Source: Mustelus asterias
Taxonomy: Eukaryota
Direction: 5' to 3'
DNA: 64,000 nucleotides
Assembly: GCF_964213995.1 (NCBI RefSeq)
Contig: NW_027591538.1
Span: forward strand, 1-64,000
Position 1 is the stretch's first letter; every line of letters begins with the position of its first letter. Made by a program: the position numbers and the translations under genes. Under the pieces are notes generated by a model. That model had not been told where the DNA came from, searched no databases, and was given only the letters and a program-made list of their open reading frames with translations. This document shows, one piece after another, positions 13,204 through 26,200 of this stretch.

Positions 13204-14290
13204 ATCCTCCCAATTCTTTCCTCCACGATAGGTCGCAGCATTTAAAGAACACGCCCAGGGCCCAGTGCTGAGTCTGAGGGTATCTGACTACAGTAAGGTG
13301 AGTGATACAGGAGGGTCTCACTGTCTGAGGGAGGTGAGTCTTAGCCTGGGGTGCGTGAGTGACCCAGGTTAATCTGACACTCCAGGGACAGTTGGAATGG
13401 AGCTTTCCCCCGGGCTGTCCCCTCCCCGTGTCTGCGTGGGTTTCCTCCGGGTGCTCCGGTTTCCTCCCACAGTCTGAAAGATGTGCCGGTTAGGGTGCAT
13501 TGGCCGTGCTAAATTCCCCCTCAGTGTAACCCGAACAGGCGCCGGAGTGTGGGCGACTAGGGGATCCTCACAGTAACTTCATTGTAGTGTTAATGTAAAC
13601 CTACTTCTGAGACTAATAAATAAACTGAAACTGAAGGTCAAGGTGCTGCTGTGACAATGCACTCTTGTTTAAACACTCTGCAATGCTGAGACTGGGAGAA
13701 GTGACCAACAGGGGGCAGCATTGCAGCTTCTGTCCCCCTATTGAAACTGGGATTGTTGCTCCATCTGCTGCACAATCCCAACCCCATCCACTGGGGGCAA
13801 CCTGGACAATGGCTGCAGACACACCTCACTGCGCGTGCGCCGCAATGACACCCACCGCCGGCGGCCATCTTGCGTTGCCAAGGGAGACGGCCAGCGGCCA
13901 TATTCCGTTGCCAAGGGAGACGGCGGCGGCGACCATCTTGCGTTGCCAGGGGAGACGGCATCAATGCGGCGGCGTCCGCGCGCGCTGACCTCTGGGAGCA
14001 TTCCCGTCCCGCACATGCGCACAGGCCGCCCCGCCCCCTCGACAGACCCCCCTGTTGTCCCGCCAACGAGCATGGGGCCGGGCCGGAGTGGGCAAGAGGT
14101 GACACTGGGGAGGAGCAGCCCCCCCCTGGGAGCGTTACAGCGACGCCTGGTGGCCAGGAAGGGCAATAGCAGCAGCACAGTCTCTGCCCAAAGGCTTCCC
14201 CAGTTCAGCTGCTCAGAGACACTGGGAATGTCTTCAAGTGGAAACTTCAGCTTCTCACATTCACCCCCTGTGTTCAGTCATTGTTTCCTA

Positions 14291-17200
14291 GGCAACCTCT
14301 GTAGTGACATCACAAACAACTTGTTCACATTGAAGGCCATGGCAATCTGGACCATTCGGCTTCAAAGCCATTGAGCTTTGAAATTTCAATTGAAATGTTG
14401 GAGATGAGAGTTTATCGATGCAAGTCATGTTGCATGTGGAACGCTCACGATGCCACAATTAGAGCGGTGCAGACATCTCACAGGGTTGTGTGACTGGAGA
14501 TGTCAGAGACGGGCTGGTTAAATATAGAGGGACAGGGTCTGAAGCTAAGTTTTGGGTAAAAGATGGCAGTGATGTTGTGACATTAATTTAGCTTCAGATA
14601 GTTGCTGGGGAGGGGGGATAGAGAGGTTGGGGAGCGATGTTTGTATTGGGGCAATCTCTCTCTCTCTCTCATCATGTATATATATCAATCCATCTCTCAC
14701 TCTCTATCTCTCTTCACCCATTGTGTCCAGAGTCTTGTGAAGGCGCAGACCGGTGGCAGGTCATTGCTGCCGAGGAGGACAGCCTTCAGCGCACTGGACC
14801 TGCGTTGCTGCACGGATAGCTCGAGGCACCTCTGCCTCCGACAGCATCATCTTCCACACGTGTGTCTCTTCTGGACTGTGTGTGTGTCGTGTGTGACTGG
14901 TGGGGACTATACAAAGGGTTGTGAATGAAGCCCAGTCCATCACGCAAACCAGCCTCCCATCCATTGACTGTCTACACTTCCCGCTGCCCCGGAAAAGCAG
15001 CCAGCATAATTAAGGACCCCACGCACCTGGACATTCTCTCTTCCACCTTCTTCTGTCGGAAAAATACACAAAGGTCTGAGGTTATGTACCAACCGACTCA
15101 AAAACAGCTTCCTCCCTGCTGCCATCAGACTTTTGAATGGATCTGCCTCACACTAAGTTGATCTTTCTCTACACTCTCGCTATGACTGTCACACTATATT
15201 CTGCACCTTCTCCTTTCCTTCTCTATGAATGGTATGCCTTGTCTGTATAGTGCACAAGAAACAATACTTTTCACTGTATATTAATGTGATAAGAATAAAT
15301 CAAGTCAAACTGAAGTGAGTAAAGATATTGATGTATCCACCCTGGTAATGGACAGTGCAGAGGCAGGAAAAGTGCCCGAAACATCAAGGTAAAAGTCCAC
15401 CCCAGAGGAAATAAGAGCTCCAAGGGTTAATGACAATTAACACTGAGTAGCTGCTCATTTTAATTTAAGGGGCTTCATAGAAATCATAGAAACCCTACAG
15501 TGCAGAAGGAGGCCATTCGGCCCATCGAGTCTGCACCGACCACAATCCCACCCAGGCCCTACCCCCCACATATTTACCCTCTAATCCCACTAACCTACGC
15601 ATCTCAGGACTCTAAGGGGCAATTTTTAACCCGGCCAATCAACCTAACCCGCACATCTTTGGACTGTGGGAGGAAACCGGAGCACCCGGAGGAAACCCAC
15701 GCAGACACGAGGAGAATGTGCAAACTCCACACAGACAGTGACCCGAGCCGGGAATCGAACCCAGGAGCTGTGAAGCAGCAGTGCTAACCACTGTGCTACC
15801 GTGCCACCCATTGCTGAGACAGAACAAGGTATCACAACGGCAGAGTTCAGGGAAGTTGACAAATTATTTAAAAACACATTATTTAAACCCCCTCAAATGA
15901 TTCAAATGAGTAGTTTGTGAGTGACGAGATAGACTCAATATTAGAAAACAAAATGAAAGTCCAGAATGAATAAGTTTTGACATCGCTGGAAAGAAATTAA
16001 ATAAAACTCAATCTGAATGAGATCAGGAGAAACTCCAGGGTTATGAAAAGTTCAAAGACCAAACAGGAGCAGCAAACCATTTTGCTTAAACATCAGAAGT
16101 ATTTGAATGAAATTCTGAAAATGGTTGAAGAAAATTTGGGCCAATGACCCACAGCAGGTTAGCGTGTGGAAATACTGGGAAAATACCTGGAACAAGAGAC
16201 TGAGCATTTACAGACAAGAGCTGGGAAATGGAAGTTTTGCCTCGGAGAATAGATGGAACTAAGGAGGATTCTCCAAAAGGTCAGTGGCGGCACGGTGGCA
16301 CAGTGGTTACCACTTCTGCCTCACGGCACCAGGGACCCGGGTTCCATTCCCAGCTCGGGTCACTGTCTGTGCGGAGTTGGCACATTCTCCCCGTGTCTTT
16401 GTGGGTTTCCTCCGGGTGCTCCGGTTTCCACCCACAGTCCAAAGATGTGCGGGTTGGGTGGATTGGCCATGATAAATTGACCCTTAGCGACAAGCTAGGG
16501 TAAATATATGGGGATAGGGCCTGGGTGGGATTGTGGGTTGGTGCAGACTCGTTGGGCCGAATGGCCTCCTCTGCACTGCAGGGATTCTATGTATATTGTG
16601 GTTTAGACAAAAATACTGTGTTTACCCCAGTCCAACGCCGGCATCTCCACATCATGTTCTGCCTGAGTCAGAGGTGGGAGAAGATTCCATCAAGAGGAAA
16701 TTGAATGGGAAGCTGAAGGGAAAATATTGACAGGGTTACGGGGAGAGGGTGGAGGATTGGGAATAGTGAAACTGCTCTTGCAGTGTGTCGATCCAGGCTT
16801 GACGGGCTGAATGGCCTCCTGTGCTGTCACCATTCTATGATTCACACACAAGTTAACTTCTCAGTGTCTATTAGGCCCCACTCGTTCCTCCATGATCAGT
16901 TCCAGCATTTCAAGTTCAGATCCCAGTACTTTTTAGTTGGGGCATTGAGGAGTAAAATAGAAATAGGAATGAGAGTGTCGGTGCGCTTATGTTTTTGTAT
17001 TTCTGTGTGTGTGTGTGTGAGAGAGAGAGACAGTTTCTAAGTGTGTGCAAGTGTCTATTTCAATGTGTGTTTCTGTGTGTGTGATTGTGTATCTCTGCGT
17101 GTGTCTGTGAGTGAGTGTGTGTCTGTGTGTGTGTGTGTGTGTCTCTCTGTGTCTTTGTGCATGTGTGTCTGTGAGTGTGTGTTTGTGTCTCTCTGCGTGT

Positions 17201-20200
17201 GTGCGTGTGTGTCCGTGAGTGTGTGTTTGTGTCTCTGTGTGTGTGTGTGTCCGTGAGTGTGTGTTTGTGTCTCTCTGTGTGTGTGTGTCCGTGAGTGTGT
17301 GTTTGTGTCTCTCTGCGTGTGTCCGCGAGTGTCTGTGTGTCTCTCTCTTTGTGTGTGTGTGTGTGTATCTCTGTGAGTGCATGTGCGTCTGTGTGTACGC
17401 GCGTCTGTGTGTGTGTGTATGTGTGTGTGTGTGTGTGTGTGTTTGTCATGATCTGTGTGAGTGGGGGAGCAGGCTCGATGGGTCAAATGGCCTCCAACTG
17501 CACATATTTGAGATTCAAATACATTNNNNNNNNNNNNNNNNNNNNNNNNNNNNNNNNNNNNNNNNNNNNNNNNNNNNNNNNNNNNNNNNNNNNNNNNNNN
17601 NNNNNNNNNNNNNNNNNNNNNNNNNNNNNNNNNNNNNNNNNNNNNNNNNNNNNNNNNNNNNNNNNNNNNNNNNNNNNNNNNNNNNNNNNNNNNNNNNNNN
17701 NNNNNNNNNNNNNNNNNNNNNNNNNNNNNNNNNNNNNNNNNNNNNNNNNNNNNNNNNNNNNNNNNNNNNNNNNNNNNNNNNNNNNNNNNNNNNNNNNNNN
17801 NNNNNNNNNNNNNNNNNNNNNNNNNNNNNNNNNNNNNNNNNNNNNNNNNNNNNNNNNNNNNNNNNNNNNNNNNNNNNNNNNNNNNNNNNACATATTTATT
17901 GACCATTTAATGTGACTGAATGCTACACATCCTGGTTTGCCGATGACACAAAACATTAGACAGCATTGTAAGCAGCATAGCTGGAAACATCACATTGCAA
18001 AGAGTTATTCATATTTTGTACATGGACAAAACTGGTGGAGAGGTTTCAGTGCAGGGAAATGTAAACTGACACAACTTAGATTTAAAAGGGACAGAACAGC
18101 GTACTTTAATAAATGATGAAATGACAGAAACAGTGGAAGCTCCAAATGTCCAGATATTTCACAGCTGGATTCACACAAAACACACAGCAATGGATCTGAT
18201 ATTGCGGAATTGTTGTAAATGTGGTGAATCTCAGTACGGAGGCTGTCTTCATGTTACAATGTTAATCTGATCACTCTCATCAAAACAGGCTCAACATTTC
18301 TGTACAATGTGAGTGAATCATCAGCTCAAATAGTTCAGGTTCAATGTTTAAAATAACCAGTCACTTTTCTGTGGCTGCTTTGGGAATGTCAGTGGAATGT
18401 AGTTCACAGTCAAGTGTGAACAATTGTATTGGGGAATAATTGGAAGCAGTTTCCATTGAGAGCTTCCTGCATTCTGGAAATGTGTGTGATCCATTCAGAG
18501 ATAGGAAATGGACGGATGAATAAAGATGCAGTTTGTTGTTAATTACATGAGATTGTCTGCCTTGAAGATTCACAAGTTCCATGTGCTGAGAGAAAGGAAT
18601 GATTAAACAATGTCGAGAATTCAAATCCTTCAGACAAGTGAAAAAGCAGGAGAACAACTGAATCCACAAACGCTGCCACAGACAGTATTCGAAGCTTCAA
18701 CTTCATGTTTGAATGTGAAGGGCTGATTGAAATAAACAGGAGGCCACACTGGGATGCTGAGCAATTTGATTCCTGTTTTTCCTAAAGTTCAAAATAAAAA
18801 TCTGTGATGAAACATTCCTTGGACAGAGCAGAGGGGATTTTACTCTGTATTTACCCCATTACAGTATTTGTGTTGGGAACATTTGATGAACAGCGCAGAT
18901 TAAACGTTATTCTTAACCGCTGGAATTTAAGTTGGGGGCTGATTTAATCAAACATTGAAAATAATGAGGGAAAGGGAGAGGCTGATAAAGAACAAGTTTT
19001 TCTGCTGGCTGGGAACTCTTGTCACAAGCCTACTTGTGACACTAATAAATAACATTGAAACTGTATAAAGTGTTATATACACAGATACAGTGCTGAGGTA
19101 AAGAGAAATGGAGACATGCTCCACATTCATTACCCAGACATGGTCTAGTTTATTTTTTATAAAGAGTGACATGGTTAAATGCAGTGATAATTTAAGCAGG
19201 TCCCCTCCCTAACAGCACTGTGGGTGTACCTACACCACATAGACAGCAGCGGGTTCAAGACGGCAGCTCACCACCACCTTCTCCAGGGCAACTAGGAATG
19301 GGCAATAAATGCTGACCTAGCCAGTGACACCCACATCACAAGAATCAATAAATATTCATCTAACCCAGCACATTGTCCAATGAAATATCAATCCATACAT
19401 GGTATTAATACAGTGAGAACTCAAAAAGGGTTGATTGTAGTGTCCACAGCAGCATGGTGTAATGTAGTATTCACTGAGACAACTGAGCGTATAAACAGCG
19501 ACTGGGTTGAGTGCAGTGATAACTGGGAAAGGAGCGAATGTCCGGGATTCTCCGGCTGTTCACTCGTGGGGAATTCTCTGCTCTCGTTCCCCTGCCTCTG
19601 GTTTCCTGCTAGCGTGAGGTGACTTCAATGGGAAATCCCATTGACAGCGACAGGACCAAAAACTCCCTCTGCTAGTGAACGGTGTGTCACCTCTCACTGC
19701 CCAGAAAGCTGCTGAGGGGAGACTGGAGGATCCCAGAAACTATGTTAAAAACAGCCATATTGGCACCAGCAGGAAAATATTACATCCCAAACTCAGTAAT
19801 ATTCACAATGATATTCTCCAATCAGCTGAAGGGCAGAATTTACTGATACAAGACCCAGATTGTAATAACTGAGAGAGGTTTAGGGCAGAGATTACTGATA
19901 CCAGGCCCAGATTGTAATAACAGAGAGGTTTAGGGCAGAGATTACTGATACAGGACCCAGATTGTAATAACAGAGAGGTTCAGGGTAGAGATTACTAATA
20001 CAATGCCCAGATTGTAATAACTGAGAGAGGTTTCGGGCAGAGATTACTGATACAGTGCCCAGATTGTCATAACAGAGAGGTTTAGGGCAGAGATTACTGA
20101 TACCAGGCCCAGATTGTAATAACAGAGAGGTTTAGGGCAGAGATTACTGATACCAGGCCCAGATTGTAATAACAGAGAGGTTTAGGGCAGAGATTACTGA

Positions 20201-23200
20201 TACCAGGCCCAGATTGTAATAACTGAGAGGTTTAGGGCAGAGATTACTGATACCAGGCCCAGATTGTAATAACTGAGAGAGGTTTAGGGCAACGTTTACT
20301 GAATCAAGGCCCAGATTGTAATAACTGGGAGAGTTGTAGGGCAGAGATTACTGATACAAAGCCCAGATTGTAATAACTGAGAGAGGTTTCAGGCAGAGAT
20401 TACTGATACAAGGCCCAGATTGTCGTAACTGAGAGAGGTTTTGTGCAGAGATTACTGATACAAGTCCCAGAGTGTAATAACTGAGAGAGGTTTAGGGCAG
20501 AGATTACTGATACAAAGCCCAGATTGTAATAACTGAGAGAGGTTTTGGGCAGAGATTACTGATACAAAGCCCAGATTGTAATAACTGAGAGAGGTTTAGG
20601 GCAGAGATTACTGCTACAAGTCCCAGATTGTAATAACTGAGAGAAGTTTAAGGCAGAGATTACTGATATAAGTCCCAGATTGTAATAACTGAGAGAGGTT
20701 TTGTGCAGAGATTACAGATACAAGTCCCAGATTGTAATAACTGAGAGAGGTTTAGGGCAGAGATTACTGATACAAGGCCCATATTGTAATAACCGAGAGA
20801 GGTTTAGGGCAGAGATTACTGATACAAGGCCCAGATTGTAATAACTGAGAGAGGTTTAGGGCAGTGTTTACTGACACCAGGCCCAGATTGTAACAACTTG
20901 AAGAGGTTTAGGGCAGAGATTACTGATACAAGGCCCAGATTGTAATAACTGAGAGTGGTTTAAGGCAGAGATTACTGATACAAGGTCCAGATTCAAATAA
21001 CTCAGAGAGTTTTAGGTCAGAGTTTACTGATACAAGGCCCAGATTGTAATAACTGAGAGAGGTTTAGGGCAGTGATTACTGATACAAGGCCCAGTTTGTA
21101 ATAACTGAGAGAGGTTTAGGGCAGAGATTACTGATACAAGTCCCAGATTGTAATAACTGAGAGGTGTCGGGCAGAGATTACTGATTCCAGGCCCAGATTG
21201 TAATAACTGAGAGGTTTCAGGCAGAGATTACTGATACCAGGCCCAGATTGTAATAACTGAGAGAGGTTTAGGGCAGAGATTACTGATACAAGGCCCAAAT
21301 TGTAATAACTGAGAGAGGTTTCGGGCAGAGATTACTGATACCAGGCCCAGATTGTAATAACTGAGAGAGGTTTCGGGCAGAGATTACTGATACCAGGCCC
21401 AGATTGTAATAACTGAGAGAGGTTTCGGGCACAGATTACTGATACAAAGCCCAAATTGTAATAACTGAGAGAGGTTTCGGGCAGAGATTACTGATACCAG
21501 GCCCAGAATGTAATAACTGAGAGAGGTTTCGGGCAGAGATTACTGATACAAGGCCCAGATTGTAATAACTGAGAGAGGTTTCGGGCAGAGATTACTGATA
21601 CAAGGCCCAGATTGTAATAACTGAGAGAGGTTTAGGGCAGAGATTACTGATACAAGGCCCAAATTGTAATAACTGAGAGAGGTTTCGGGCAGAGATTACT
21701 GATACAAGGCCCAGATTGTAATAACTGAGAGGTTTCGGGCAGAGTTTACTGATACAAGGCCCAAATTGTAATAACTGAGAGAGGTTTCGGGCAGAGATTA
21801 CTGATACAAGGCCCAGATTGTAATAACTGAGAGAGGTTTCGGGCAGAGATTACTGATACAAGGCCCAAATTGTAATAACTGAGAGAGGTTTAGGGCAGAG
21901 ATTACTGATACAAGTCCCAGATTGTAATAACTGAGAGAGGTTTAGGGCAGAGATTACTGATACCAGGCCCAGATTGTAATAACTGAGAGAGGTTTCGGGC
22001 AGAGATTACTGATACAAGGCCCAGATTGTAATAACTGAGAGAGGTTTCGGGCAGAGTTTACTGATACCAGGCCCAGATTGTAATAACTGAGAGAGGTTTC
22101 AGGCAGAGATTACTGACACAAGGCCCAGATTGTAATAACTGAGAGAGGTTTTTGGCAGAGTTTACTGATACATGATCCCGGCAGGATTTACTGTTTGATA
22201 ATCCAGCTGTTTGGCCCCGTTATGAGCACACCTTCCATGGCCATCAAGTCCGGAAGTCGGCCTTGAACCCTTGAAGAATGAGAGGCGATCCCATTGAAAC
22301 AGACTTAAAATTCTTACAGGGTGTGACAGGGTGGATGTAGATTGGATGTTTCCCCTGGCTGGTGAGACTAGAACCAGGGGACACAATCTCAGAATCAGGG
22401 GCAGACCATTGAAGACTGAGATGAGGAGGAATTTCTTCACTCAGAGGGCGGTGAATCTTTGGAATTTTCTATTCCAGGGGGATGTGGAAGCCCAATCATT
22501 CAGCATGTTCAAGACGCAAATCGATTGTGNNNNNNNNNNNNNNNNNNNNNNNNNNNNNNNNNNNNNNNNNNNNNNNNNNNNNNNNNNNNNNNNNNNNNNN
22601 NNNNNNNNNNNNNNNNNNNNNNNNNNNNNNNNNNNNNNNNNNNNNNNNNNNNNNNNNNNNNTATTACTGTGTGCGTCTGAGTGTTACTGGGTGAGAATAT
22701 CTGTTTCTGTGTGTTTTCATAGAATCCGAGACTCCTGCAGTGCAGAAGGAGGCCATTTGGCCCATTGAGTCTGCACCGACCACAATCCCACCCAGGCCCT
22801 ATCCCCATTACCCCATGCATTTACCCGAGCTAGTCTCCCTGACGCGGAGGGACAATTTAGCACGGCCAATGCACCCTAACCAGAACGTCTTTCAGACTGT
22901 GGGAGGAAACCGGAGCACCCGGAGGAAACCCACGCAGACACGGGGAGAACGTGCAAACTCCGCACAGGCAGTGACCCAAGCCGGGAATCGAACCCGAGTC
23001 CCTGGCACTGTGAGGCAGCAGTGCTAACTGTGTGTTTGCTGTGTGTGTGTTTCAGTGTGTTTGTTTGTGTGTGTTTTTGTTATAGAACATAGAACATAGA
23101 ACATAGAACATTACAGCGCAGAACAGGCCCTTCGGCCCACGATGTTGCACCGACCAGTTAAAAAAAAAACTGTGACCCTCCAACCTAAACCAATTTCTTT

Positions 23201-26200
23201 TCGTCCATGAACCTATCTACGGATCTCTTAAACGCCCCCAAACTAGGCGCATTTACTACTGATGCTGGCTGACACACACACACAGAAAGATATACACAGT
23301 GTGGACATATTTATTGACCACTTAATGTGACTGAATGCTACACATCCCAGTTTACCAAAGACACACAATATTCAGCAGCATTGTAAATAATAAATTATGT
23401 TTGTGTGTGTGCTTTTTGTGTGTGTTTTATGTGTGTTTGTGTGTGCGTGCTTTGTGTGTGTGCGTGTTTTGTGTGTGTTGGTGTGTGCGTGTTTTGTGTG
23501 TGTGCGTGTTTTGTGTGTGTTGGTGTGTGTGTGTTTTGTGTGTGTTGGTGTGTGCGTGTTTTGTGTGCGTACGTGCACCATGATCTGTTTGAATGCTGGT
23601 GCAGGATCGATGGGCCAAATGGCCTACACCTGCTCCTATTTTCCTTTGAGATTTAAATACATTGACACACATGCACGCTGACACACACACACAGAAAGAT
23701 ATACACAGTGTGGACATATTTATTGACCACTTAATGTGACTGAATGCTACACATCCCAGTTTACCAAAGACACACAATATTCAGCAGCATTGTAAACAGC
23801 GCAGCTGGAAACATCAAATTGGGGATTTGGTTTGAAAAAGGGTCAAAGCCTCTCTTGCTAAAGGCTGTTTGTCTATATTGTGCTGACAGTGATACACTGC
23901 CATCCTCTGCTGCCTGCTGGACATTGCTCCAGCCGCAGAGAGAGTGAAGTGCATCAGAAACTCACTGGGAGAGAATGCAGCTTCACACAGTATCCATCCA
24001 AAATGACAGGAGCATCAGCAACACACACAAGCTCCGTGTGGAGACTGAGAGGGGCTCAGTGTGGAACACAAACCTTCACACTAAACCTGGAAGGACATTG
24101 ATAAAGAGTTTAAAACAAAACTGTCAGGAGGAGAGGGTGCAGAATACAGTGTTGCAGTTACCGATAGGGTATAGAGAAAGATCAGCTTAATATATGGTAG
24201 GTCCACTCAAAAATTAACATTCTGACCAAACACTAAAGCTTTCCACAAAACAAGGCTCACAAATTCAACAACACTTTCCTTTGTCCGCTCTCCCATCATG
24301 CTGTGCGCGGAGTCTCTGATCGATGCTAAGGGCCTAGTATTTGAGGCTCTGAGCTGAACCCACAATCTGTCTGATTCTGAGGGAAGATTACTGCCACTCA
24401 GATACAGCTGGCTGCAATATCCCCTTGAAATATATCTGTTGTGTACAGAGTCACATGTTTTTTTTCCCTGTGTCTGCTGTCCATAAAGAACTATTGAATA
24501 ATCTAAACATCCGCATTAATGATCACAGAACAAGGCCAACATGGGGGAATCGAGTATCGGGTTTAAAAGTTTATTTATTAGTGTCACAAGTAGGGTTACA
24601 TTAACACTGCAATGAAGTTACTGTGGAAAATCCGTAGTCGCCATGCTCTGGCGCCTGTTTGGGCAACTTGGGGAGAATTTAGCATGGCTGATACACCTAA
24701 CCAGCGCGTCGTTCGAACTGTGGGAGGAAACCGCAGCACCCGGTGGAAACCCACGCAGACACGGGGAGAATGTACAAACTCCACACTGACAGTGACCCAA
24801 GCCAGGAATCAAACCCGGGTCCCTGGCGCTGTGAGGCAGCAGTGTTAACCACTGTGCCGCCCCTCATCGAAACATTGTGCAGTTGTGGAATGCACAGGAT
24901 AGGAGGGATGTGATAGCACTGGAAAAGGTGCAGAGGAGATTCACCAGGATGTTGCCTGGCCTGGAGAGTTTTAGTTCATGGAATCATAGAATCCCTACAG
25001 TCCAGAATGAGGCCATTCGACCCATCAAATCTGCATGGACTCTTACCCAGGCTTACCCCGTAACCCCACGTATTTTCCCGCTAATCCCCCTAACCTATAC
25101 ATCATGGGACCGTCAGGGCAATTTTGCATGGACAATGCACCCGGAGGAAGCCCACGCAGACACGGGGAGAATGTGCAAACTCCACACAGACAGTAACCCG
25201 AGGCCGGAATTGAACCCGGGTCCCTGGCGCTGTGAGGCAGCAGTGCTAACCACTGTGCTACCGTGCCGCCACTCGAACTGAAGAGAGATTTTATAGACTG
25301 AGGGTGTGATCTTACCACCTGTTGACGCCACACTCCCGCTCAGCGAGGTCGGAGAATCTGGTGACCAGCCAAATCTCCTTTCACTGCAGTGGGATGGGAA
25401 ATTCCTGCCGGCCTGAACGGTGATAAGATTCCACCCTGGGGTTGTTTTCTGTGGAGCAGAGGAGGCTGAGGGGGAACATGATGGAGATGGATAAGATTAT
25501 GAGGGACATCAATAGAGTAGACGGGAAGAAAGCTTTCCCCTTGGTGGTGGGATCAATGACCAGGGGGTATAGATTTAGGGTAAGGGGCAGGAGGTTTACA
25601 GGGGATGTGAGGAAAACCTTTTTCACCCAGAGGGTGGTGGGAGTCTGGAACTCTCTGCCTGAAAGGGTGGTGGAGGCAGAGACCCTCAGAACGTTTAAGA
25701 AGTGCTTAGCTATGCATTTGCAATGCCAAGGCTTACCAGGCCGTGAGCCAAGTTGGGTGATTTGTCTTTGACCAGCACAGATGCAATGGGCCGAAGGGCC
25801 TTTTCTGTTCTCCAGACCTCCATTGCTAAAACACAACCTCACTGACCCAGCTTCTGGTCATCCATCCAAATCTCTCCCTCCGCAGCTCGGGGACAAATCC
25901 TGCCGCGCAATCTTCCTTTGAAGTGGCTTTGGACATTTCATTCTCCGTGAGGACTTGTCCGGATAGTGGCTGCTGTTGTTGTGTTTGTCTCAGTGTCAGT
26001 TCAGAAACATGGACAACATGTTAGAAATGGCCGTCTCCCAGTGAGTGTGAGGACAGGGCAGGCTTTGAGCGAGGCCTGGGCCGCTCCCTGAAGGACACAG
26101 GGCCACCATTGTGCTTTTTGCTGACAAACAGAAAGCTTTCACCCCTCCCTCTCTCTCTCTCTTGTGTCTCATCTCACTCACATTCTGCCCCTTCCATTTA

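Larger units (their letters stand above)
777..14290. repeat. Tandem segmental duplication, unit 1 (about 13.5 kb)
   Basis: Position 125 matches 13638 (offset 13513), and 13638 matches 27918 (offset 14280). The ORF tracks repeat almost verbatim. Positions 1-776 are the end of a further copy to the left. Confidence 0.95.
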
